From: the human T2T-CHM13v2.0 reference genome, Homo sapiens
NCBI RefSeq assembly: GCF_009914755.1
Contig: NC_060935.1
DNA length: 64,000 nucleotides
Reading direction: 5' to 3' (one strand)
Shown: piece after piece, positions 29,378-41,474 of the stretch
Layout: each line of letters begins with the position of its first letter
Numbering within the stretch: position 1 is the stretch's first letter
Notes under the pieces: generated by a model
What the model was told of the DNA's origin: nothing
The model's database searches: none
What the model saw: only the letters and a program-made list of their open reading frames with translations
Translations under genes and position numbers: made by a program

Positions 29378-31676
29378 TGATATGGTTTGGCTGTGTCTCC
29401 ACCCAAATCTCATCTTGAATTGTAGCTCCCATAATCCCCATGCATCATAGGAGGGACCCAGTGGGAGTTAATTAAAACATAGGGGTGGGTCTTCTCCTTG
29501 CTGTTCTCATGATAGTGAATGTTTCACAAGATCTGATAGTTTTATAAAGGGTAATTCCCCTGCACAAGTTCTTTGCCCGCCGCCACGTAAGACGTCCCTT
29601 TGCTCTTCCTTCATCTTCTGCCAGGATTGTTAGGCCCCCCAGCCATGTGGAACTGTGAGTCAGTGAAACCTCTTTCCTGTATAAATTACCCAGCCACCAG
29701 CATGTCTTTATTAGCAGCATGAGAACGGGATAATACAGTTAATTGGTACTGGGTAGGGGGGTGCTACAATAAAGGTACCTAAAAATGTGGAAGCAACTTT
29801 GGAACTGGGTAACAGGCAGAGGTTGGAACAGTTTGGAGGGCTCAGAAGACAGGAAAATGTGGGAAAGTTTGGAACTCCCTACACACTTGTTGAATGGCTT
29901 TGACAAAAATGCTGATAGTGATATGAACAATAAGTTCCAGGCTGAGGTGGTCTCAGATGGAGATGAGGAACTTGTTGGGAACTAGAGCAAAGGTGACCCT
30001 TGTTATGTTTTAGCAAAGAGACTGGCAGCATTTTGCCCCTGCGCTATAGATTTGTGGAACTTTGAAGTTGAGAGAGATGATTTAGGGTTTCTGGTGGAAG
30101 AAGTTTCTAAGCAGCAAAGAATTCAAGAGTTGACTTGGGTGCTGTTAAAGGCACCTTTTTTTTTAAAGGGAAACAGAACATTAAAGTTTGGAAAATTTGC
30201 AGCCTGACAATGCAATAGGAAAGAAAACCCCATTCTCTGAGGAGAAATTCAAGCCAGGTGCAGAAATTTGCATAAGTAACGAGGAGCGGAATGTTAATCA
30301 CCAAGACAATTGAAAAAATGTCTCCAGGGCATGTCAGAGACCTTTGCAGCAGCCCCTCCCCATCACAGGCCTGGAAGTTTAGGAGCAAAAAATTGTTTCA
30401 TGGGCTGGGCCCAGGATCCCTCTGCTGTGTGCAGTCTAGGGACTTGGGGCCTTGCATCCCAGCATCTCCAGCCGTGACTGATGAAAGGGGCCAAGGTACA
30501 GCTTGGGCTGTTGCTTTAGAAGGTGGAAGCCCCAAGCCTTGGCAGCTTCCTCATAGTGTTGAGCCTGTGAGTACACAGAAGTCAAGAACTGAGATTTGGG
30601 AACCTCTGACTAGATCTCAGATGTATGAGGATGCCTGGATGCCCAGGCAAAAGTTTGCTGCAGGGGCAGGGATCTCATAGAGAAACTCTGCTATGGCAGT
30701 GCAGAAGGGAAATGTGGGGTCAGATCCCCCACACATAATCCCTACTGGGGTACTGCCTAGTGAACTGTGAGAAGAGGGCCACCATCCTCCAGACCCCGGA
30801 ATGGTAGATCCACTGATAGCTTGCACCACACACCTGGAACAGCCATGGACACTCAACGCCAGCCCGTGAAAGCAGCTATTAGGGGGGATATACCTTGCAA
30901 AGCCCTAGGGGTGGCGCTACCCAAGATTATGGGAACCCACCTCTTGTATCAGTGTGATCTGTTTATGAGACGTGGAATCAAAGGAGATCATTTTACAGCT
31001 TTAAGATTTGACTGTCCTGCTGGATAATCGAACTTGCATGGGGCCTTTAGCCTTTAAGCTTCGGCCAATTTCTCCCATTTGCAATGGCTGTATTTACCAA
31101 ATACCTGTGTCCCCATTGTACTTAGGAAGTAACTAACTTGCTTTTGATTTTACAGGCTTACAGGTGGAAGGTATTCACCTTGTCTTGGATGAGACTTTGG
31201 ACTGTGGACTGTTTAGTTAATCCTGAAATAAGTTGAGACTGGGGGACTGTTGGGAGGCATAATTGATTTTGAAATGTGAAGATATGAGATTTGTGAGGGG
31301 CCAGGGGCAGAAGGATATGGTTTGGCTCTGTGTCCCCACCCAAATCTAATCTTGTAGCTCCCATAAGTCCCACCTGTTGTTCGAGGGACCCAGTGGGAGA
31401 TGATTGAATCTTGGAGGCGGATCTTTCCCATGCTGTTCTCGTGATACTGAAAGGGTCTCAAGAGATTTGATGGTGTTAAAAGCATGAGTTTCTCTGCACA
31501 AGCTATTTTGTTTGCCTGCTGCCATTCACATAAGGTATGACTTGCTCCTCCTTGCTTTCCGCCATGATTGTGAGGCCCCATCAGCCATATGGGACTGTAA
31601 GTTCAATAAACTTCTTTCTTTTATAAATTGCCCAATCTCAGGTATGTCTTTATCAGCGTGAAAATGGATTTATACA
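29378..31676 (+). mobile_element. THE1 MaLR provirus (5' LTR 29378-29737 THE1B-like, internal, 3' LTR 31313-31676 THE1A-like)
   Basis: LTR termini (T/G)GATATGG...ATACA and THE1-int peptides (MWESLELP...EEL VGN). Flanks TAATA and CAGGT do not form a TSD. Confidence 0.92.
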
Positions 31677-31899
31677 CAGGTGTAAGCAATTTGAATGACA
31701 TAATTTATTAAACCCAACATATGCAAAATAATGTAACTTTAACATGCAATCATTATAGAAAGAATAAGGTATTTTGAATTTTAAGTCTTCAAAATTGGAT
31801 GTGTATTTTATACCTACAGCACATCTCAATTTGAACATGTTACATTTTAAGTGATCAATAGCTACATGAAGCTAGTGGCTACATTATTGGACAGCACAG
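31677..31899 (+). mobile_element. MER33 hAT-Charlie element lacking its first ~80 bp
   Basis: AAGTCTTCAAAATTGGATGTGTATTTTATACCTACAGCACATCTCAATT...CTAGTGGCTACATTATTGGACAGCACAG. Confidence 0.8.
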
Positions 31900-32507
31900 G
31901 TGTAATACAATCAGATATTGACCTATGAGTCTATGAAAAATTGTTTACATTTTTGCATTGAGTATGGGGAGTAAAAGAAGGAGCAGTGGGTGGAAATCTC
32001 AAGTGATACTTCCCTAGGCTCTCAGAGCAGCCTAATAGCAGAGGTAATATAAACATTTAATAGCCAATAGAGCATGGGCACTGATGAACCAAAATAGACA
32101 CTGGTCTCATCAGAACAGGCATTATTCAAAACAACCAGTACAAGAGTACATAAATACAGGTTGAATGTAATCCATGTCTGTCTATGCTTTCAAAAAACCT
32201 AAGAGTCACAGTATTATTAATTAATCCTTTGAAAACTGTCTGCCCCAATACACAATACACTTCTATGAAGGGGCTCTGTGTGTTTTCATTTGTTGTACTC
32301 CAAAACATTGTACAGTGAATGGCAAATGTAATAGGGTGCTTATGTAGGAATTTCTATGTGAGAAAGTCTTTGCACTGGCAATGTGGTAGTGAAAAATAAA
32401 GCTTTAAAGCTTTATTTATGTAATATTTTATATAACTGAGAAAAATCTAATTGTTCAGTTCATAGAATGAGAAGGAGTTTAATAAATATAAAGACTAGGC
32501 ATAAAAT

Positions 32508-33194
<687 letters not shown>

Positions 33195-33383
33195 CTAGAA
33201 AAGGGGTAAATAAAGTATTCAATAGTTACTAAAGGGATGAATGAATGAATATCTGCCACTCAAACACTGCCTTATAAAAATTTGTCAAGTGTGGTTCTTA
33301 CTGGGTGCCTCATACCAACAGTATGGGCTTTAAGGACTGCTTTTCAATTATGTAACACTTTTCATCTAAAGATATCTTTGTTT

Positions 33384-33638
33384 GTCTGGGTGCAGTGGTT
33401 CACACCTATAATCCCAGCACTTTGGGAGGCCGAGGCAGGTAGATCACCTGAGATCAGGAGTTCGAGACCAGCCTGGCCCAAATGGTGAAACCCAATCTCT
33501 ACTAAAAATACAAAAATTAGCAGCTGTGGTGGTGAATGCCTGTAATCCCAGCTACTTGGGAGAGGCATGAGAATCACTTGAACCCTGGAGATGGTGGTTG
33601 CACTCCAGCTTGGGTGACAGAGGGAGACTCTGTCTCAA

Positions 33639-33677
<39 letters not shown>

Positions 33678-33680
33678 AAT
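33384..33680 (+). mobile_element. AluS with (TAAA)n tail and internal deletions
   Basis: 16-bp TSD AAAGATATCT(T/C)TGTTT at 33368-33383 and 33681-33696. Confidence 0.95.
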
Positions 33681-34899
33681 AAAGATATCTCTGTTTATAC
33701 ACTCTTTCACAACAAATTACAGATAAAGTCACAGACCTATAGTCTGATAATAGAGTGATCAACAAATATTTATTTGAGATATTCTAGATAGGATGGAGAA
33801 TTAGCTGGGTTACTTGCTGTTCCCCACGTCCAAAGGCAGAAAATATTATAGAAGAGAGAGGTATGTTTATGAAATTGTGAGAACCTCAGAAGATAGAAGA
33901 TGGCTGGATGCAAAAGAAATAAAGAAACGGTTACCAAGAGTAGACTAATATCAGGTGATAACATACGAGGAGAATACAAGGAAGAACTTTCCAGCTATGT
34001 TCTTTCTCTTCTCCACATTTTTTTGTCTCATGCTAGTTCTATGCGGGAAAGCAGCAAAGGCTTGATGCGAAGGTGGTGGGTTAAAAAATTATGGCAATGC
34101 TGCCCTCTTGCTGGGGACCACTGGATATCCGTAAGTATAGGTATGCTCGGCATCCCTTTAGCATTCTCCACTACCAGCACCACTCATACCCACATGACAC
34201 TGTGCCATTAATATATGAGAAATCAAACACTCCTATTATTTAGAACGTATGTTCAAGTATTGAAATAGGGACTGTTGCCTAATATAGTATTCATATTATA
34301 ATCTTAAGAACAATTCCTTATAGTGCTGTCTCTATACATGGCAAAATTGTTGACAAAGTAAACTTGAAAATTCTGCAACAGATGCTCGGAAATGATGGAT
34401 TTAAAAATTGTCATTTTAAAATTAATAACTGATATAAAAAAAGTGAAATTCCTAGGTGACAGAGGAAAAAGGAGGGGATGGAAGGAACACAGAATGAATC
34501 ATATGTACTGAAGCTGTCTCATGTAAGTGTGGAGGTAAGGGGATGAGGGAGGAAGTAGATATGTATTTATTTAAAGATCATACGAAAACTGTAGAAAAGG
34601 TTTGGTTCTGCATGAGGCAGTGTTAGGGAAACTGCAAAAAGTTGCAGCCCCACTAGGGCTTGACTTCCTCATAAAAAGAAAGAATAGAAAAATCCACCCA
34701 CCAGTACAGAGGGCCAATGAGGAAGCATGTCATACCAAAGATTTGAAAAGGGAAAACATAAACTCTGCTAAAACGCCAGGCTTGCTGCTTGTGCACACTG
34801 AGTTTAAATGCATCACATCTATGGGAACTTAGAACCCCAAATTAGCATAAATCTATGCCAACTCTAATGATATCACTGGTACAACTCTTATAAACATTG

Positions 34900-36600
34900 G
34901 CAAAGCTATGCTGGAGTTATCCCCACAAATAAAATCTCAGTAAAAATAAGCTCACTTTACAACGTTACAAAATACTTACACAATATTTCCACCTTGAATG
35001 AAAATTTAGCAGATGTAGTAAATAGCTGGGGTAAAAATAAAAATATTTTAAAATTGAAGAAATAAAAAAAAGCTAAAGACTTTACAAAATGTATGTTACA
35101 TATATTATAGACATAACATAATTTAATGAAAAGAGAATAAAGTAATTCAATTTTTGAATAAAGAAGAGGAAGCATTTAAAAAAGAATCAAATAAAACTAC
35201 TAGAAGTTTGAAAAGTACAATCACAGAAATTAAAAAAAACTAAATGTACGCATTAAATTTTGAATTAGACCCTACTGAAAGTAATGTTAGTGAACTGGAA
35301 GATAGAGATAAGGAAGTAACTCATAATCAATCACATTGAGGTAAATGCATAAAAGATATTAAAAGTTAAGAAAAATTGAATTTTCAGTGAGAAGACCTAA
35401 CATATATCTAAAATAATTTCATAAATGGGGATATGCAAAAATCTTGGCAGAGTAATAAACAAAGAGTTGAAGGATTTTTTTTAGAATTGAGAGGGTTATA
35501 AATTTTCATATTAAGGAATGCAAAAAAAGTAAAAATAATACATTTCCAAAAATATTGTAGTGAATTTATTTGCAATTTACCAAATAAATACCAAAGAAAA
35601 AAAGACATTTTAAAAAACAATCAGAGAGGAAAAAATATATTACATGCAAATGAGGAACAATTAGTTTGACAACAAACTTGTTACCAGTGACAATCAGGAC
35701 TAGAGTACAATGAAAATAAGGAGCTAAAATAAGCTCAAACTAGCATTCTATATTATTTCTCATAAAAAAGATGATTTTGTTGGACAAAGTTAGATAATTT
35801 GTAATATAATAGAAGAAGATATTTTCAAAATCTAAAAATAATTTGTATAAAAACTCCTGCATTCTTTGAGAAAAATATAATACACTCATTAGAAAAATAT
35901 GAATAGTAGGTATAAATAAGTTTCTTAACAAAGAGAAAACCCAAATGTCTAATAAACTGTGTTCACACTTTCTAATACTCAGAAAAATTGTAACTAAAAC
36001 AGTGAAATAGCATTTGATATCAATCAGATTGACCTGCTAAAAAAATAAAACACAAGACAGGATGTGAATAACTGGAATTAGTGGGAGATGCAACTGGCAC
36101 CTCTTCTTTGAAGGCCAAATTATTTCAAAGATTTTAAGTATATGACCCCAAAATTTCTTTCTATGTTATGTATCTCCATAAAACTTTTTCACTGTATGTC
36201 ATAATGAGATCCATTAGCAGTCTTTTTGTGTGAATGAAAACAATAAATAAAAGCAACTTCAATTTTTTTAATAAAAAGTGAATGGATAAGTAAAATATAT
36301 AAATGCATACCATAAAATAAAATGTGATAATCAGAAATTATAAACAAGATTTAAGGTGGGCAAGCTGAATAGATCTAAAGAGAGTATTTATAGAAAATTT
36401 AAGAAAACAACAAAATTTAAAGTAAGATTTTTATAACTATAAAACACACAGAATAATAATATATATTAATTTGAAATGTATCACTACCCAGAAAACCTGG
36501 AAAATAGAATTCGAGGACACACTTACACAAAAGTGAATAGTTAATGAGGATAATGGAGATAAGAATGAGGATATAGGCTGAGATAGAAGAATAATAATAT
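34900..36600 (+). mobile_element. Highly decayed L1M/L1ME fragments (ORF1-like and 3'-end pieces)
   Basis: Strong A bias, TTAGTGAACTGGAAGATAGA (L1M ORF1-like) and GTGAATGGATAAGTAAAAT (3'-end-like). Boundaries are approximate. Confidence 0.55.
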
Positions 36601-37289
36601 TAAATCAGAGAAGAGAGAGAACTTGATCAGTACTGGCAGAACAATTCTGTACACATAAGAGTTAAAAGACAGCTTAAATATAAATATAAATGTGTACACA
36701 TATATGTGTATACAAACACAGAGAGAGAGAGGAAGAATGGGAAGATTTACTTTGTCTTCAACCTTGTCCTAGGTTGAAAGATTCAATCGTACAATTATAA
36801 AAATGATCCTTGACTCTAAGAATTCTACACTGTATATGAGTAGATAAACTTAACAGTCATTAAAAAAAAAAGATCAAGAAATTCAGGATGGGACATTGTG
36901 AAGAAGATATCCCAAGATAAACTACTTCTATGGCCCCACAGCACTTTTTTCAACCTCATCATATACTCTACAATAACCTTGCAGAAAGCAAGGTTGTCAT
37001 GTGACTAAGACTTTGGGGTTTGAATTCCTGCTCACTGCCTTGGGATCCTGGACATGTTTCATGACCTTTCTAAGTCTCAGTTTTATCATCCAGATGATAA
37101 CAATAACAGTATCTACCATTGATTTGTTGTAAAAAGAGTATAGTGGCTATCTTGATACATGTTTGCTATTTATCATTCATATTTTTATGAGTTCCACAGC
37201 CCAGCATAACACTGGCACACAGAGGAAGCTCAGTGTGTGCTAACTGAGTAAAAGCTCAAGCTAGTGGAATGTAGAGAATTAGGTGGAGT

Positions 37290-37470
37290 TGTGGTGCACA
37301 ACCAAGAGCACATGTTGGAATCACTGGGGCAGCTTTTAAAATGTGCTGATGCCTCCCATTACCCCGAGAGATACTCACTAACTTCACCGGGGGCGGCCCA
37401 GACGTTGAGTATACTGTGAAATTTTCTCAGGTGATTCTCTAATAGGTAGCCAGAGTCCAGAACTGTGGAG
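37290..37470. mobile_element. MER5B-like hAT-Charlie element
   Basis: TTGGAATCACTGGGGCAGCTTTTAAAATGTGCTGATGCC...CAGGTGATTCT. Confidence 0.65.
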
Positions 37471-40400
37471 CTAAAGGAGGATAGGTGTGACCTGAAGTGG
37501 CTGTACAAGCTTCAGGGGCTGGAATGATGAGTAGCCTTTTCCCCATTAAGAGGAAAATGAAACGGTTCAAAATAATTTTTTTAAAAGTCTTATTTAATTC
37601 ATCTTACAAGAGCAGTGTTTCTCTAATTATATTAAGAGTTTGAGAAAAATTGACTTGAAATCTCTATTATAACCATATTATAGGGTACATCTGCTACGAG
37701 ATTGGTAGAGTACCTAAAGACTAGTGTTTATCTCAACACTCCAAGAGACATCTTCAGTTTAAAGAAGATAAAATTGTAGGCTAAAATCTTGCCACTTCAA
37801 GAGTAGGCCACAGACCAGTGGCAATCATATTACCTATTGGTAATACAAAACCTCAGGCCACACGCAAGACTTCCTGTATGAGAACTTGCACTTTCGTTAG
37901 CTAACAGGGCAATTGGTACCCACATTACGGTTTGAGAAATGGTGAGCTAGATTAATCACTCTCAGGCTTGGATGCTAATTGAAATAATCTTGAAACTTGT
38001 TTTTTAAGATCTGATGTTTTGACATTGTGGTTTTTAAGGCTCTCTCAAGTGCAACAGTTTGAGAACCTGTAGGCTAGATAATTTATATACAATGCCCAAA
38101 GTCACACAACTGGCAAATAATGGAGCTGAGATTCAATCCAGGACTCCAAACCCATTATGCCATGTTACCTTCCCAAATATACCTTTGAGAATCAGGAAGC
38201 CTTCAAGTCCAAATAAAAATATCAATTACCACATTTCTACATTTATTCAGTGTGTATGTTTGTAAGTATATGTGTGTATGTGTGTGTATATCTATCTATT
38301 AGATAGATAGATAGATCGATCCTCTTTTCAATGAGAGTGTAGTGCCTCTGATGGTCATGATCATATTTTAATTCCCCTACACTCTGATATTCAGCGCAGT
38401 AATAAGTAAATATTGTTGCTTAATAAATAGTATTTGATTAAATACACACTGCTGTTCAATCAATGAGATACACACTAATTTTACTAAAGAAATATTTCTT
38501 TGCCCATTCAAGCTAAAACTCCAATTGTACATAAGTATTAATATATGAGAAATGCTAAACTTTGTCTTTCTTGCTATGATTGATGCATGCAAATTATTTC
38601 ACTTATCAAGACAAAACCTGTCTATAATTTTATATTAAATGTGATAAAATAATGAGGGCTAAAACCTAAATTTCCTAATGTGTAAATGGCTTGAAAATAA
38701 GCTTCATATTTATTCATTAGCTGTTACAGTGACTACTTCCGAAGATTATTTTCTGGCATAGAATTAAACTTTACAAACAATGAGAACATCTTACTCAATA
38801 GCTAATTCACAGTAAGATCATTATCTTATTATAATAAATACCTGGATAAACAATATTTAAATAAGCATAGCCCTGCTTTACAGACTTTTTTTTTTCCTGA
38901 GGATATTGTAATCTACTATTGTTCCATAATAATGCCTGGCAATGAATGGAATGGGAGCTTACAAAAATAATTTGAATTATTTCTGTCAGTCACTCAGCAA
39001 CAGATTTGTCTTATGCAGCATTACAAATTCATTATCCCGTAATTAGTTTTTTAATCTCAGAGCAGAAGGTAAAAATGAGCTGCTGCTATGGGTAGATGTT
39101 ATCACACAGAGCTGCCCAGACAGCAGTTAGGTGTGTGGAACTGAAGACCTAACTTAACATTTGCAAATATAGCTGATTTCAACAGGACTGTTTCAAGATC
39201 CTCCCTTGTTAGCTTTACCTGTGAATTTAGTCAAAAGCATGGTAAAGGACACAACAAACTTCTAAAGAACAAGAAAAAGACTTGTTTTTCCCATTATATC
39301 ACTGCTATAGTGATCTGGCAGCTTTTACTTACTTAACCATTTCCTCATTTATTCCAAAAATATTTACTGAATTAAGAATTCAGAAATTAGGCATCAAATG
39401 TTGAAAGCCTTGGGCTCTCATACACTAGGAGTCCACAGTGCAGAGCAGGGCATCAGATAAGGAGATGACAGGTCATAGAGATGGCTGAGAGTCCGATTGC
39501 TGCAGCCATAGGATGGATGCTCTGTGGACACCAAATGCTCCTACGTCAGTGGAAAGGTCAGAGGGGTGAAATGCTGTGGAAAACTTTTTACAAGAAATAA
39601 CACGAAAGATGACATAGAAGGCCAATTCTCACAGGACAGATATTTAGAAGACGTGTTTGATTGGCGGGAGACCAATTTACACTTTCACACATAATGAACC
39701 ACAGTGGCTTTCAAGTGCTTCTGCAAAGAGAGCAAGCAATTTGAACTTGCAAACCAGCTGGTGGAAGAACTTTATCATTTTCAGGGCTGGGGCATGCTAG
39801 AGGTTACAGCATGTACTTCACCGAGGTGTAAATAAGAAAACAACGGAGAATGATATTCTAGCTTTGAAATTTTTCACCTAAGGCTATTCCAGTTGGAAAA
39901 CAGCGGATGAGGATACTTTTCTTGTAAACACTATTATTTTTTTTTTCTAATTTAAAATAGAAAAAGAGCCCTAGATAAGAAACGACAGTGCTATGGACTG
40001 TAGTAGAGATTACAATATCTTCTCTTCAGATGTATAAATGAGAAAAGGAACAAAGAACAATGGTTTTGATTCTGGAATCTCTGCTTTATCTTGTTTAAAT
40101 CTCATACTAACCAATGGGATCTGTACTACGAATGTTCACATTTGTGGAGGCTTAGAGAGGCTCAGCAGGTAAGAATGTGGGATTTGAACTCAGTACTGCC
40201 TGATCCATCTTATAAGAATTGCATTACTCTGAGCCTCTTTCCTCTTTGTCTTCTTCATGAAAAAAATGGTATTTTAATGTCTACCCTACATGCTTCACAA
40301 GTTTATTATAATGAGCACACAAGGGGATATGTGTGTAAATCATTGTAAACATGAGTTCTTATATTTATCATTATTAATAACATTAATATAATGAACAAGT

Positions 40401-41258
40401 ATTAATATTTATAACAATCATGACTTATCTGGTTTGAAGTTCTTACTACAGAGAGCTCTAAATTGATTTATCCATTTTCCGAAAGAGTTGAAGAGGATTC
40501 TTCTCAAATAATATTTACAGGAAAAATCAAGATTAAGAACAAACTGAAAATTTCTGTCTTTCATTTATCACCAAAAAACAGCTAAGGTTAGTTTGACTTG
40601 GCTGCTAGTTAGATATGACTGCATAAACTTTTCCCTTTTAGGTTTCTATTATTGTGGAGTTTGTAAAAGTCTGCAAGCAACTGGACTAAATGATTACTAA
40701 TATACATTCTATCTCTGAAATTATGTTTTCTCCTTACCATATTTAACAAGGTTCTGAACACAGGTATTTTTTGGTTGATTGGGTGATTTCTCTCCTTACC
40801 CATAGTTGCATTTGGAACTTATGTAACAATTTAGTCGGCTAACTCATTTACTTATTCTTTCATGCGTTCATTTAGAAAACATTTGCTGATTGTGCAATGC
40901 ATTCAAAGTAAAGATTATTTGAAGGACGAGAGGGCACTGGACTTGAAGCCAGTAGAAAGGTTGCACCCAGCTTAGACAGTTATTTTCTGTGAACTTCAAG
41001 CAATTCTGTTAACCTCTCCACTTTGTTGCCTCATACCTAAAAATAATTACAATGATTACAAATACTGAGGACTATTAAGGGCTTACAGTGAACTAGACAT
41101 TTTTTTATGAGTTTTTCACGTACTTTATTAACTGATTTAATTCTATGTGGTAGATACCACTAGAATCTCCATTTTACAATGTGGAAACTAAGGCTCAAAG
41201 AAGTTAAGAAATATGCCAAACGTTATTTAACTAAGTGACAGTGATAGGATATGAACGG

Positions 41259-41474
41259 TGAAAATAAATGAAGGCCACCCAAATGAGAACAAGCAAAACC
41301 TATTTATTCAGAGCTTAATGTAGCAAGGGTTCACCCATCATCACTTGCAGTTATCAAAGACGCAAAGACAGGCAAGGGAGTTGGAAAGCTTTATAGGCGA
41401 AAAAACAGAAAGTCTCAGGCTCTGATTGGAAGATGTTGACGTGGCCATTTTACATTGGCATATTCAGTCTCTTA
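41259..41474 (-). mobile_element. Short, probably internally deleted ERVL-type LTR inserted into a MIR
   Basis: Direct repeat GAACGG at 41253-41258 and 41475-41480. AATAAA and CCAAT occur on the minus strand. MIR-like sequence continues on both sides. Confidence 0.55.
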
